NCBI GenBank assembly: GCA_045576355.1
Contig: JAZNGG010000038.1
Location: 35,232-99,231, forward strand
Direction: 5' to 3'
DNA length: 64,000 nt
Source: Bacteroidales bacterium
GTDB lineage: Bacteria > Bacteroidota > Bacteroidia > Bacteroidales > UBA3663
Under the pieces are notes generated by a model. It saw only the letters and a list, made by a program, of their open reading frames with translations. It made no database searches and was not told the DNA's origin. Of this stretch, positions 17,436 through 28,056 are shown one piece after another (position 1 is the stretch's first letter; each line of letters starts with the position of its first letter). The position numbers and the translations under genes are program-made.

Positions 17436-19406
17436 TTATTCATTGTTGTTAGAATGTAATTCGTCTAATTCTTCCGATAACAACAACCATCGGTCGGTTA
17501 TTTCTTCTAAAGATTTTTTTAATTCAGAATGCCTTCGGAAAATGGAAACAACAGTACATCCATTTGATGATGCCATCTGATTTTCTAGGTCAGTAATTTC
17601 TTCTTCGATCTGAGATATCTGATTCTCAGCTTGACTTACTTCTTTTTGTTTCTTTCCGATTTGTCTGCGAAGTTCTTTTTGTTGCTCGTAGTTTTGTTCT
17701 CCGTTTTTTTTCTCTGTAGTAGAAATAAAAGAAGAATTTTCTTTATTTGTGATTTTTATATTTGTTTTTGCGGGATTAGAGTTTAGATTATGTAATTCGG
17801 TTAATTTTTTTTCTTCTAAAAACTCATAGATACCCCCTATGTGTTGTTTTACTTTTCCTTGAGTAAATTCGTAGATTTGTGAGACTAATCCATCAAGAAA
17901 ATCTCTGTCATGACTTACAATTATTGCTGTTCCATCAAAGGAATTAATCGCTTGTTTTAATACTTCTTTGGAAGCAATATCTAAATGGTTGGTAGGTTCA
18001 TCCAAAATCAAAAGATTGACCGGTTCGAGTAGCAATTTAATCATTGCCAAACGTGAACGTTCTCCACCGGATAATACTTTTACTTTTTTATCTATATCCT
18101 CTCCTTTAAACATGAAAGCTCCTAAAATGTCCCTAATCTGTGTACGGATATCTCCTACTGCAACTTTGTCAATTGTGTCAAATACAGAATAATTGTCTTC
18201 CAGGAGTTGTGCTTGATTTTGTGCAAAATAACCGATTTTTACCCCATGACCTATTTTGAGATTTCCTTCAAATGGGGTTTCTCCCATGATGCATTTTACT
18301 AATGTCGATTTTCCTTCTCCATTTCTGCCAACGAATGCAACTTTTTCGCCTCTTTTAATGGTTAAATCAACATCTTTAAACACTAAATGTGTGCCATAGC
18401 TTTTTGTGACACCTTCGCATATAATCGGATAATCCCCAGACCGAGGGGCTGACGAAAATTTGATGTTAAGCCTACTATTATCTACTTCATCAATTTCGAT
18501 AGGAACAATTTTTTCAAGCATTTTAATTCGGCTTTGTACTTGGATTGCCTTACTTGCTTGGTATCTAAAGCGATCTATAAATGCTTGTGTGTCAGCAATA
18601 GTCTTTTGCTGATTTTCGTAGGCACGGATCTGTTGCTGTATCCGTTCTTGATGTAGGTTTACGTATTTACTATAATTTACATTGTAATCATAAATTGAGC
18701 CACAAGAGATTTCTATTGTTCTGGTTGTGACATTATCAAGAAAAGCTTTATCATGACTGATTAGGACTATTGTTGTTTTGCGTGAGTTTAAGAATCTTTC
18801 AAGCCATTGTATTGATTCTATATCTAAGTGGTTAGTTGGTTCATCCAATAAAAGAATGTCCGGGTGGGAAAGAAGGGTTTTTGCCAGCTCAATGCGCATT
18901 CTCCATCCTCCGCTAAACTCAGCTGAAAGTCTATTAAAATCGCTTCTTTGAAAACCTAATCCTATTAAAGTCTTTTCGATCTCTGCGTCTCTATTACTCG
19001 CATTGACCATTGCAGACTGTTCGTTAAGATCGGAGAGTCTCTCTATTAACTCTTGATAAGCTATACTTTCATAATCAGTACGTTCTGCTAATGATGCAGA
19101 GACTTTATTGATTTTTTCCTCTAATTCTAATATATTAGAAAACGCTTTTTCTGTTTCTTCCCATACAGTAGCTGTATCGGATATCTTCATCACTTGTGGC
19201 AAATATCCAATAGAGATTTCTTTAGGTTTGCTTACTTGACCAGAAGTAGGGGATTGCAGACCGGCAATTATTTTTAACATCGTACTTTTCCCGGCTCCAT
19301 TTTTTCCGGTAAGAGCGATGTGATCATTTCTGTTGATTACGTAATTAATATTCGAGAATAGAGGCTTCGTACCAAATTCTACGGAGAGATTCTCTATAGA
19401 AATCAT
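17436..19406 (-). CDS. ABC-F family ATPase (no transmembrane domain)
   Basis: Two cassettes: Walker A GKNGAGKST and GRNGEGKST, signatures LSGGWRMR and LSGGERSRL, plus a C-terminal coiled-coil tail. Confidence 0.9.
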   Translation of the reverse strand: MISIENLSVEFGTKPLFSNINYVINRNDHIALTGKNGAGKSTMLKIIAGLQSPTSGQVSKPKEISIGYLPQVMKISDTATVWEETEKAFSNILELEEKINKVSASLAERTDYESIAYQELIERLSDLNEQSAMVNASNRDAEIEKTLIGLGFQRSDFNRLSAEFSGGWRMRIELAKTLLSHPDILLLDEPTNHLDIESIQWLERFLNSRKTTIVLISHDKAFLDNVTTRTIEISCGSIYDYNVNYSKYVNLHQERIQQQIRAYENQQKTIADTQAFIDRFRYQASKAIQVQSRIKMLEKIVPIEIDEVDNSRLNIKFSSAPRSGDYPIICEGVTKSYGTHLVFKDVDLTIKRGEKVAFVGRNGEGKSTLVKCIMGETPFEGNLKIGHGVKIGYFAQNQAQLLEDNYSVFDTIDKVAVGDIRTQIRDILGAFMFKGEDIDKKVKVLSGGERSRLAMIKLLLEPVNLLILDEPTNHLDIASKEVLKQAINSFDGTAIIVSHDRDFLDGLVSQIYEFTQGKVKQHIGGIYEFLEEKKLTELHNLNSNPAKTNIKITNKENSSFISTTEKKNGEQNYEQQKELRRQIGKKQKEVSQAENQISQIEEEITDLENQMASSNGCTVVSIFRRHSELKKSLEEITDRWLLLSEELDELHSNNNE

Positions 19407-19437
19407 TATGCAAGTTTTATATCTAGATCAGACAAAT

Positions 19438-21462
19438 TTATTTACCCATTGATAGAAGGAGTTCTCTATTGTCTCGGGTGTTCTCTAATTGTTTATGTAA
19501 AAATTCCATAGCTTCAACAGGGGTCATATCTGCAAGATAGCGTCTCAATATCCACATTTTGTTAAGTGTTTCTTGATCTAAAAGCATATCATCTCGTCTG
19601 GTCGATGATGCTAAAAGGTCAACTGCTGGGAATATACGCTTATTAGCAATTTTGCGATCGAGTTGAAGTTCCATGTTTCCGGTTCCTTTAAACTCTTCAT
19701 ATATAACTTCGTCCATTTTAGAACCGGTTTCTATGAGAGCTGTTGCAACTATCGTAAGTGAACCACCATTTTCTATGTTACGAGCAGCACCAAAAAATCT
19801 TTTAGGTTTTTGTAGTGCATTAGCTTCAACACCTCCACTTAGAACTTTGCCGGAAGAAGGAGAGACCGTGTTGTATGCACGAGCCAAGCGGGTTATGCTA
19901 TCAAGGAGAATGACCACATCATGTCCGCATTCTGTTAGGCGTTTCGCTTTCTCGATGACCATATCGGCTACTTTAACATGACGATCGGCAGGCTCATCAA
20001 AAGTAGATGCAATAACTTCTGCATGTACGGACCGTTGCATGTCTGTTACTTCTTCAGGTCGTTCATCTATCAAGAGGATGATCATATATACTTCCGGATG
20101 GTTAAAGGCTATAGCATTAGCAATTTCCTTTAAAAGAACTGTCTTACCGGCTTTGGGTGGAGCTACAATGAGTGAGCGCTGTCCTTTTCCGATAGGGGCA
20201 AACATGTCGATTACTCGGCAGGAGTATGAGTCGTTATGTCCTTTAGTAAGATTAAACTTCTCGTTAGGAAATAATGGAGTAAGGTGTTCAAACTGAATAC
20301 GATCTCTGGCATTTTCTACGGCTCGCCCATTGACTCGTTCCACTTTGACGAGTGGATAATTGTGTTCTCCTTGACGCGGAGGACGTATTGGTCCCTCTAT
20401 GACATCGCCTTGTTTTAAATTGTTTTGTTTAATTTGTGCTTGTGAAACAAAGATGTCGTCCGGTGATGCAAAATAGTTATAGTCAGAGGAACGCAAAAAA
20501 CCGAAACCATCTGGCATGATTTCTAAAACACCATTTCCTGTCAATATTCCGTCAAATTCGTCTCTTGGGATCGGGATAATGTCTAGATTGTTATCATTTA
20601 TTTCTCCCTTAATGTCTTTATCTGTAGTAGCATTATTATCTTCATTTACGCTATCTTTATCTTGAAATTGCGGAAGAGGAGATTTCGAGTTTTTCTTATT
20701 GTTATTTTGCTTTTTATTATTGTTCGGTTGGGGATTACGTTTTGCGGAGTGTCCAAAAAGACTTTGAAATGCATTCTTGTTGGTTTCAAGCAATGCTGCC
20801 ATTTTGGCGTCATCTTCTTGCTTTTTAATATCTTCTGTTGAGATATCTATTATTGATAAATTGTCTTTAGAAATATCTTGTGTGGAATTATTTACTGTCT
20901 CAAAAATCTCTTCTTCTGTAATATTTGAATTTATAATATCTTCCGTTTGGGTAATATCTAAATTTTCTGTTTCAAGAAGAGTAGGAGTATTGAGCCCTGT
21001 TTCTTCTGACGGAATTTGTGCATTAATGATTTCCTCAGAAATTGATTTAGAAATAGTTTCGTCTTTACAATCATCAAGAAGGGACGTGGTTTGTGTTTCA
21101 GAAATCTCTTCGCGAGGATTAGAAACAGAATTATCGGATATATTAGAGACTTGCTCCATTGAGTAAGGGTTATCCTTTATCGGATCACTAACCGGTAATA
21201 TCTCTTTGTCTGAAGATTTCTTAGTTGGTCTTCCTCTTTTTTTTCCTGTAGCTTGGGTCGTTGTTGTTTTTTTTCTAGCCTTTTTGGGGGCTACTTCATC
21301 GACAGAAGATAAGTTGTCTTTACTTTGAAGGGCAGCTTTTTCAAGTATTTGGGAAATTAAAATTTCTTTATTCGAGAAATCTGGGTTTTCAATATTCAGA
21401 TTTCTCGAAAGTTCTACCAAATCTTTAGGACTTTTGTTGTCCAATTCTTCGTAAGAGTACAT
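19438..21462 (-). CDS. rho: transcription termination factor Rho with large low-complexity N-terminal insertion
   Basis: Start moved to ATG 21462 ([19 protein letters not shown]...). OB/CSD region [14 protein letters not shown], Walker A APPKAGKT and [17 protein letters not shown]. About 260 aa of N/S/D/E/K/T-rich sequence separate the N-terminal helices from the OB fold. Confidence 0.95.
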   Translation of the reverse strand: MYSYEELDNKSPKDLVELSRNLNIENPDFSNKEILISQILEKAALQSKDNLSSVDEVAPKKARKKTTTTQATGKKRGRPTKKSSDKEILPVSDPIKDNPYSMEQVSNISDNSVSNPREEISETQTTSLLDDCKDETISKSISEEIINAQIPSEETGLNTPTLLETENLDITQTEDIINSNITEEEIFETVNNSTQDISKDNLSIIDISTEDIKKQEDDAKMAALLETNKNAFQSLFGHSAKRNPQPNNNKKQNNNKKNSKSPLPQFQDKDSVNEDNNATTDKDIKGEINDNNLDIIPIPRDEFDGILTGNGVLEIMPDGFGFLRSSDYNYFASPDDIFVSQAQIKQNNLKQGDVIEGPIRPPRQGEHNYPLVKVERVNGRAVENARDRIQFEHLTPLFPNEKFNLTKGHNDSYSCRVIDMFAPIGKGQRSLIVAPPKAGKTVLLKEIANAIAFNHPEVYMIILLIDERPEEVTDMQRSVHAEVIASTFDEPADRHVKVADMVIEKAKRLTECGHDVVILLDSITRLARAYNTVSPSSGKVLSGGVEANALQKPKRFFGAARNIENGGSLTIVATALIETGSKMDEVIYEEFKGTGNMELQLDRKIANKRIFPAVDLLASSTRRDDMLLDQETLNKMWILRRYLADMTPVEAMEFLHKQLENTRDNRELLLSMGK

Positions 21463-21689
21463 AAAAAAAGTTTGAATAATCTCATTCACTAAAACGGCGC
21501 ATACGTTTAGCGCGTTCAATTATGAATTGAGGGTATAGTAAATTAAAAAGGATTGTAATTTGGGAATGCAAATCTTAACTGCTAAGTAGGATAAAAATAA
21601 AGAAGAGCTATTTCATTCCTAAATTGAGTGCAAAATTAGAGAATGTTTTTGTGAAAACAAAATAATTAATCAAAAAAAGGAGACATAGA

Positions 21690-22322
21690 TTATTTTTTCT
21701 TCTTTTTCTTCTTCTTCTTTTTGGTTGTAGGGGTTAAAGTATTCTCGTCATATTGCTCATTATCCAATAGTTCTTTTCCGCTGTATAAAAATACTTGGTA
21801 AACTTCATCCCTAAATTGGTCTCCGATTAATTTTAAGATGTCCTGGATAATTTTATTATCATCTTCTTCTGCATCTTTGTTAGCCTTGAGATAGGTTAAT
21901 TTCATCTGATTGGCGCATAATTCAAAGAGTTTAATTCTTTGTTCTGCATCAGGCATTTCTGTCGTTTTTGCGAGTAGTTTTTCTGTTATGCTCCCATAAA
22001 GACGCAAACTTATTTGATCAGTTTTATAGGGAATCATTTCGGGTGTAGCATTGATTTGTCCTGCGGTAATAATTTCACAAGGGTAATCAATGTCAAGTTC
22101 AAAATCTGCTATCATAGCTAACTGATCCCATAGGATCTGTTCTTTATTTTCGATGTCGTTGATGTCAGGATTGACATCTGCCATTATCTTAATTATCTGA
22201 TAGGCATAACGAGTACGGAGTTCCTTGTCTGGAATCGTTTTACAATATTTGACAAGCTTTTCAATGTTACGACCATACTCGGGTAACTTGATGGGTGATT
22301 GTGATGTATTGTATTCTGGCAC
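21690..22322 (-). CDS. DUF4290 domain-containing protein with C-terminal poly-lysine tail
   Basis: IKLPEYGRNIEKLVKYC matches my memory of the DUF4290 N-terminus. The ORF ends in an uninterrupted run of about ten Lys codons (AAA/AAG). Confidence 0.75.
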   Translation of the reverse strand: MPEYNTSQSPIKLPEYGRNIEKLVKYCKTIPDKELRTRYAYQIIKIMADVNPDINDIENKEQILWDQLAMIADFELDIDYPCEIITAGQINATPEMIPYKTDQISLRLYGSITEKLLAKTTEMPDAEQRIKLFELCANQMKLTYLKANKDAEEDDNKIIQDILKLIGDQFRDEVYQVFLYSGKELLDNEQYDENTLTPTTKKKKKKKKKK

Positions 22323-22364
22323 GGAAATAAATATTATTTAGGATATGATTGTTAAAAGTTAATA

Positions 22365-23066
22365 TTAAAGGTTTTGTAAGATGTTTTTTGCTTTAGTTGC
22401 GACAAAATCTTTCAAATATAGAGGTACAAAATATGCTACATCTTCGAATTTTGAGTCGTTGTATGCTTTAACAGCCGGTGCCAACATATCTTTTGCCAAA
22501 GGTTTAACTCCCTGAATGAAATGGGCATTGGGATGCTGTATTATATGTTGGCATTTATCTGCTCCATCTCCGAAGAAAAAGATCTCATGATTGTCAAGTT
22601 CGTTTTTAAGAAATTGTGCATCAATAATTTCAGCCGATATCGGTTTAATTTCATTAAGCGATTGATCATAAAGGACTGTATATACTTCCATTCGTCTTGC
22701 ATCAATCATAGGACATAATAAAGCCTCTTCTTTCATTTCTAATATATGAAACATCACATGGCAGCACATTGTTTGAAGTGTATTGATTGCGATGAGAGGT
22801 TTTTGCAGACCGAAGCATAAACCTTTAGCTTCTGAAATCCCTATCCGGAGTCCGGTATAAGATCCTGGACCACAACTAACCGCTATGGCATCGGGAATCA
22901 TTGCATTTTTTCTTGCAAAATTCATTGCTTTTTCTACATATGTTCCAAGTATTGACGCATGATGAGGTCCATCTGTCGTCTCCTCATACCATTCGATGCC
23001 AAAGTCCTTGCTTAAAGCCACCGAACAAGTTTTTCCTGAAGTTTCGATCAATAATAAGTTCGCCAT
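22365..23066 (-). CDS. tsaB: tRNA threonylcarbamoyladenosine biosynthesis protein TsaB
   Basis: LLLIETSGKTCSVAL and GPGSYTGLRIG motifs; 233 aa. Confidence 0.9.
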   Translation of the reverse strand: MANLLLIETSGKTCSVALSKDFGIEWYEETTDGPHHASILGTYVEKAMNFARKNAMIPDAIAVSCGPGSYTGLRIGISEAKGLCFGLQKPLIAINTLQTMCCHVMFHILEMKEEALLCPMIDARRMEVYTVLYDQSLNEIKPISAEIIDAQFLKNELDNHEIFFFGDGADKCQHIIQHPNAHFIQGVKPLAKDMLAPAVKAYNDSKFEDVAYFVPLYLKDFVATKAKNILQNL

Positions 23067-23203
23067 AAAGAAGGTTGAGTAAAGTTGCTTGTGAGCAAAA
23101 ATGTTCGAAAATATTCTTTACTGCGGCAAATTTACGATATTTTGGGCATAGTTTGATGCATATAACTCGAAAAAACGTTATTTTTGCAAAAAATATTGTA
23201 GAA

Positions 23204-24079
23204 ATGATACAGTCTATGACAGGTTTTGGCAAGGCAGTTGCTGAAATCGCTCACAAAAAGGTTACCGTAGAAATCAAGTCGCTCAACTCTAAACAACTTG
23301 ATTTATCTATGCGTATAGCTCCCCTCTATAGAGATAGGGAGATGGATTTTCGAGCACTCGTAACAGGTGCATTGATGAGAGGTAAGGTAGAATTTTCCTT
23401 GACAGTTGAGGAGATTTCTAATCAAGAAACTCCTAAGTTGGACCCAGATGTGATAGCAGACTATTTTAACCAGTTACAAGAAGTAGCTTCCAGAGTTGGT
23501 ATTAACTCTTTGCCTCCTTATATTTTACCCGCTTTGCTTCGTCTCCCAGAGTCTGTGCATATGGTTGCCCCGGTAGTTGAGGAGGAGGAGTTGGATAGGG
23601 TATGTGACGTTGTTAACGAAGCATTGAATAATCTTTTGTCTTTCCGCAAACAGGAAGGAGAGATGCTTTATCGCGTTTTTGAAAACAAAGTTAATAACAT
23701 CTCTTCTTTGTTGGCGAGCGTTGAACCTTTTGAAAAGGATCGCATCACATTGATTCGTCAGCGTATTTTGGATCAATTAAAAGATTTACCGGTTTCCTAT
23801 GATGCTAATCGTTTAGAGCAAGAACTGATATATTATATTGAAAAGTTAGATGTTAATGAGGAGAAGCACCGATTAGCTAACCATTTGCAATACTTTATTG
23901 AGACGATGAACTCAGAAATTCCTGGCCAAGGAAAGAAGTTAGGGTTTATTGCGCAAGAGATGGGGCGAGAAATAAATACTCTTGGATCAAAATCTAATCA
24001 TGTTCAGATGCAGCACATCGTTGTCCAAATGAAGGACGAATTGGAGCAAATCAAAGAACAAGTGTTAAATGTTTTGTAA
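23204..24079 (+). CDS. yicC: YicC family stress-induced protein
   Basis: Start moved to ATG 23204 (MIQSMTGFGKA). C-terminal EEKHRL...GREINTLGSKSN motif. Confidence 0.9.
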   Translation: MIQSMTGFGKAVAEIAHKKVTVEIKSLNSKQLDLSMRIAPLYRDREMDFRALVTGALMRGKVEFSLTVEEISNQETPKLDPDVIADYFNQLQEVASRVGINSLPPYILPALLRLPESVHMVAPVVEEEELDRVCDVVNEALNNLLSFRKQEGEMLYRVFENKVNNISSLLASVEPFEKDRITLIRQRILDQLKDLPVSYDANRLEQELIYYIEKLDVNEEKHRLANHLQYFIETMNSEIPGQGKKLGFIAQEMGREINTLGSKSNHVQMQHIVVQMKDELEQIKEQVLNVL

Positions 24080-24091
24080 AAGACTCGATTT

Positions 24092-24661
24092 ATGTCTTTA
24101 GGAAAATTGATTATATTCAGTGCTCCATCTGGGAGTGGAAAGTCGACTTTGATAAATGATTTATTAGGTCGTGGATTAAACTTATCGTTCAGTATTTCGT
24201 GCACGAGTCGTCAGCCTCGAGGAGAAGAGCAGCATGGTAAAGAGTATTATTTCCTTTCTCCGGAAGAATTTCGCCTTCGGATTGCTCAAAATGAGTTTTT
24301 AGAGTATGAAGAGGTTTATCAGGATAAATTCTATGGCACACTTAAGAGTGAAGTGGATCGTCTCATCTCTGAAGGTAAAAATGTCATCTTTGACGTGGAC
24401 GTAAAGGGAGGGGTAAATATCAAGCAATTTTATGGTGATAGAGCGTTGAGTTTATTTATCCAGCCTCCTAGCCTTGATGCTTTACGTTCTCGCCTTCTTG
24501 GGCGAGGCACTGATGCCTTGGATGTGATCGAAAAACGTTTAGAGCGAGCTTCTTTTGAGTTATCTTTTGCCGGGCAATTTGATCGTGTCATTGTCAACGA
24601 TGATTTAGAAAAAGCTAAGTCGGCGGTGTATGAAGCGGTGGATTCTTTTTTATCAGAGTAA
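24092..24661 (+). CDS. gmk: guanylate kinase
   Basis: APSGSGKST P-loop, TSRQPRGEE...G.EYYF and a GVNIKQ-like motif. Confidence 0.95.
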   Translation: MSLGKLIIFSAPSGSGKSTLINDLLGRGLNLSFSISCTSRQPRGEEQHGKEYYFLSPEEFRLRIAQNEFLEYEEVYQDKFYGTLKSEVDRLISEGKNVIFDVDVKGGVNIKQFYGDRALSLFIQPPSLDALRSRLLGRGTDALDVIEKRLERASFELSFAGQFDRVIVNDDLEKAKSAVYEAVDSFLSE

Positions 24662-25233
24662 TGCGGATCGGGATATATGGGGGATCATTTAACCCTGTGC
24701 ACAATGGGCATATAGCTTTAGCTCAATTTATTTTAGCCCAAGATGTTGTTGATGAGATTTGGATGCTTCCATCTCCGCGAAATCCTCTTAAGTCTGAGAG
24801 TGAATTAGCAGACGATTTCCATCGTCGCCGAATGTTAGAAATCGCTTTGAAAAGCATCCGAGGAGTGGAGGTGTGTTTGATAGAAGATAAATTGCCTCGC
24901 CCATCCTATACGATCCGAACTTTGGAGGCTCTCTCAGTAGCCTATCCGGAACATACTTTTTATTTAATAATTGGTGCGGATAATTGGGCAGTTTTTCCAC
25001 GTTGGTATGAATGGGAACAGATATTGGAAAAATACCAAATTTTAGTCTATCCGCGTCCGGGTTATGAGGCGACTGTTATAGCTTCTCACCCTCATGTTTT
25101 GTTATTGGATGCCCCTCTCCATGAGTGTTCGTCCACGGAGGTTAGGAGTTGTATTAAAAATGGTGGAAGTTATAGAGATAAGATTCCGACAAAAGTTGCC
25201 GAATATATAGAGAGAAATGATTTATATCATTAA
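24661..25233 (+). CDS. nadD: nicotinate-nucleotide adenylyltransferase
   Basis: GGSFNPVHNGH and SSTEVR motifs. The start overlaps the gmk stop (TAATG). Confidence 0.95.
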   Translation: MRIGIYGGSFNPVHNGHIALAQFILAQDVVDEIWMLPSPRNPLKSESELADDFHRRRMLEIALKSIRGVEVCLIEDKLPRPSYTIRTLEALSVAYPEHTFYLIIGADNWAVFPRWYEWEQILEKYQILVYPRPGYEATVIASHPHVLLLDAPLHECSSTEVRSCIKNGGSYRDKIPTKVAEYIERNDLYH

Positions 25234-25264
25234 TAACTAAACTTTTAAGAGAGTATAAATAATA

Positions 25265-25789
25265 ATGAATACTTTACAAAAGCCTATCTATGCACCAGTT
25301 GTAATAGATTTTTTGACAGCAGTAACAGAGTATTGTATTTTTTTAGAGAAGTCTGCCCCTTGCGCGAATAAAGAGTTTTTAGAGCGTATGACAAGGCTAC
25401 TTCCCTTGATATATGTTAAGGCTTCTTTACTTCCTATTATTGAGTTCGAAGGTGATGAAGATTTGGCAGAGCTGGTAACAGAAGATGATTATAATTCTGT
25501 TCGTCATTATGTTTGGCAAATTTTAGGAGGAGATGATGATTACATGGAGGTGTTTACACCGGATATGCATTTTAGTGAGCAACCTATTGTAGCAAGTATC
25601 TCTGAAAACCTTGCGGATATCTATCAAGATCTTAAAAATTTTGCAGCAGCGTTTGCTGATGGTAATGAGATAAATATGAATAATGCGATTGTTCGCGTAC
25701 ATGAAAATTTTACAACATATTGGGGACAGAAATTGGTCAATGTTATGCGACCATTACATAACCTACTTTATGACGCTTCTGAAAGTTAG
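25265..25789 (+). CDS. conserved hypothetical protein (DUF5063-like by recollection)
   Basis: 174 aa, acidic and helical. Sits between nadD and the exonuclease gene, as in other Bacteroidales. No catalytic motif. Confidence 0.55.
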   Translation: MNTLQKPIYAPVVIDFLTAVTEYCIFLEKSAPCANKEFLERMTRLLPLIYVKASLLPIIEFEGDEDLAELVTEDDYNSVRHYVWQILGGDDDYMEVFTPDMHFSEQPIVASISENLADIYQDLKNFAAAFADGNEINMNNAIVRVHENFTTYWGQKLVNVMRPLHNLLYDASES

Positions 25790-25935
25790 ATTTCAGTTTT
25801 TTGTGTTAACGGACTTCCTTTGGGGATCAAAGAAGATAAGAGATTTGAGCTTAAAATATTAAGATAGTAAGCAGATGTGAGCATATTAACATATTGATTT
25901 ATAGAAAGTAAATAAAAACGAAATTAATTAATTCT

Positions 25936-26532
25936 GTGTATTTAAAAACTATATCTAAAGAGGTTTTAGAATCTTTGCCCCTTGTCAGTTATGATGGCAA
26001 TATTGTTGTCATCAATACAATGGAGGAGGCACAAACAGCAGTAGATACTTTGCGAAAAGCGGGGACTGTTATTGGCTTCGATACCGAAACACGTCCTTCT
26101 TTTCAGCGAGGTATAACATATAAAGTGGCTTTAGTACAACTTTCTACTAATCGGACTTGTTATCTTTTTCGCCTTTCTAAGATGAAAGGATTGGGCCCAC
26201 TAAAATCATTGTTTGAGGATCCAACCATCATCAAAGTGGGACTTTCTACTCATGATGATTTTGCAAACCTTCGTAAGTGGGAATATTTTGAACAGCAAGG
26301 AGTGATAGAAATACAGTCATTTGTCTCTAAGTTTGGCATTGAAGATAAGAGTCTAGCTAAAGTATATGCTATCCTTTTTGGAAAGAAAATTTCCAAACGC
26401 CAGCGATTGACCAATTGGGAAAATGCTGAATTGACAGATAAACAGATGGCTTATGCTGCACTCGATGCTGTGGCATGTGTAGAGATATATAACGAACTCT
26501 TAATGCAAGGAGGAGCGAAGATTTTAGGATAA
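25936..26532 (+). CDS. 3'-5' exonuclease domain protein (DEDDy, RNase D/WRN-exo-like)
   Basis: GFDTETRP (Exo I), HDDFANL (Exo II-like) and YAALDAV (Exo III). GTG start at 25936. Confidence 0.8.
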   Translation: MYLKTISKEVLESLPLVSYDGNIVVINTMEEAQTAVDTLRKAGTVIGFDTETRPSFQRGITYKVALVQLSTNRTCYLFRLSKMKGLGPLKSLFEDPTIIKVGLSTHDDFANLRKWEYFEQQGVIEIQSFVSKFGIEDKSLAKVYAILFGKKISKRQRLTNWENAELTDKQMAYAALDAVACVEIYNELLMQGGAKILG

Positions 26533-26543
26533 ATTATTTTATT

Positions 26544-26744
26544 ATGAAAAGACATATAATTGTTCCCGGATTCCTTTTTATTTATGCTCTTGTCATGGCC
26601 TACATCGGTTGGGAGCAATGGGTAGAGGTGGAAGGTGGAACGTTGGAGTACGTTCTTTTTAATGTTGCAGAGTTGGTTATCATTATTATTCTCTACTTTT
26701 TGTTGCAACGCAAAGAGAAACTGAGAAATAAAAGAAAATTATAA
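26544..26744 (+). CDS. small membrane protein, hypothetical
   Basis: 66 aa with two predicted TM helices and a basic tail. Tightly packed between its neighbouring genes. Confidence 0.4.
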   Translation: MKRHIIVPGFLFIYALVMAYIGWEQWVEVEGGTLEYVLFNVAELVIIIILYFLLQRKEKLRNKRKL

Positions 26745-26753
26745 TAATACCTT

Positions 26754-27650
26754 ATGTTTAAGAAACTTGTTGTAATAGAACCCATCAATTTGATTCCTTC
26801 GGCAGAAAAGTCTCTTTCAGATAGAGCTAATGAGGTAATCATGTACACTGACATTCCCTCCGATGCAGATGAGATTGTCAGACGTATTGGCGATGCCGAT
26901 GCTGTCCTTTTGAGTTATACTTCAACACTTACTTCGGACATTCTTGCTCGTTGTCCACAAGTGAAATACATCGGCATGTGTTGTTCGCTCTATTCTCCTG
27001 AGAGTGCTAATGTCGATATTCATTTTGCGGAGCATCATGGTATAACCGTGACCGGTATTCGTGACTATGGAGATGAGGGTGTTGTTGAGTATGTAATTAG
27101 CGAATTAGTTCGCATTCTTCATGGTTTTGAGCAGCCGGCATGGGAAGGTACTCCTCGCGAGATTACCAACTTGAAAGTAGGTATTGTCGGGTTAGGAAAA
27201 TCAGGAGGAATGATAGCCGATGCTCTTCATTTCTTTGGAGCACAGATCTCTTATTATGCTCGTAGTGAGAAGAGTGCAGCCTTGGCTAAAGGCTATCAGT
27301 TCATGCCGCTGAATTCATTGTTGGAGTGGAGCGATGTCGTTTGCTGTTGCCTAAATAAAAACACTGTTTTGCTGCATGCAGAGCAATTTAAATCTTTAGG
27401 TAATCATAAGATATTGTTTAATACAGGACTCTCTCCGGCTTGGGATGAAGATTCGTTATTGGAGTGGTTAAAAGGGGACAATCTATGCCTTTGTGATACC
27501 GAGGGTGCTTTAGGAGGAAGTCATTTAACCCATCATCCACATGTGCGTTGTATGGGTGTCTCTACCGGTCGTACTTCCCAGGCTTTTGTTCGACTGAGTG
27601 AGAAAGTGTTGGCCAATATTGACCGATATCTTGCGTCTGTGGTTGGTTAA
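26754..27650 (+). CDS. D-isomer-specific 2-hydroxyacid dehydrogenase family protein
   Basis: NAD-binding GIVGLGKSGGMIADAL and the typical two-domain length (298 aa). Confidence 0.75.
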   Translation: MFKKLVVIEPINLIPSAEKSLSDRANEVIMYTDIPSDADEIVRRIGDADAVLLSYTSTLTSDILARCPQVKYIGMCCSLYSPESANVDIHFAEHHGITVTGIRDYGDEGVVEYVISELVRILHGFEQPAWEGTPREITNLKVGIVGLGKSGGMIADALHFFGAQISYYARSEKSAALAKGYQFMPLNSLLEWSDVVCCCLNKNTVLLHAEQFKSLGNHKILFNTGLSPAWDEDSLLEWLKGDNLCLCDTEGALGGSHLTHHPHVRCMGVSTGRTSQAFVRLSEKVLANIDRYLASVVG

Positions 27651-27940
27651 TAAAGAGTATGTCTCTAGTCGATAAACGTAACGAACAACCTTTTTTCATC
27701 ATAAATTAGTATTTTCTCCTATCTGTTTTGGATATTTTCTTTTAGAATATATATCGCGACAATAGTTTTAAGAAGCAAGTTAGGAAATGTATTTTGGTTA
27801 TCAATATTGATGATTTTTCTGTTTAAATTGTTATTTGCAATGTTAAGATTTTTACATTTTTATGTTTTTCTGAGAGTCTCTGTTTCACTTTTATTCTCTT
27901 AGTATAGTAATTATCATATTGCTCTCAACAATTTGGTGTA

Positions 27941-27989
27941 ATACAATTTCTCCCGAAACACATTGCTGGTGTTTCGGGAGAAATTGTAT
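27941..27989. terminator. 21-bp perfect hairpin between convergent genes (probable bidirectional terminator)
   Basis: atacaatttctcccgaaacac (27941-27961) / gtgtttcgggagaaattgtat (27969-27989) with a 7-nt loop. Neither side has a clear U-tract. Confidence 0.6.
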
Positions 27990-28056
27990 ATGGTACGATT
28001 ATATGAAAGATTTAGATAGCTCTCTCTGTTATCGTCTTAAATTGTCATAATGATTA

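Noticed and set aside
20777-21166. 129-aa Ser-rich ORF antisense to rho; similar antisense ORFs at 1021-1785 opposite the HU/LysM gene and at 9295-9719 opposite tonB
   Set aside because: These are shadow frames of low-complexity (Asn/Ser/Glu/Pro-rich) coding regions on the other strand. They have no start context or motifs.
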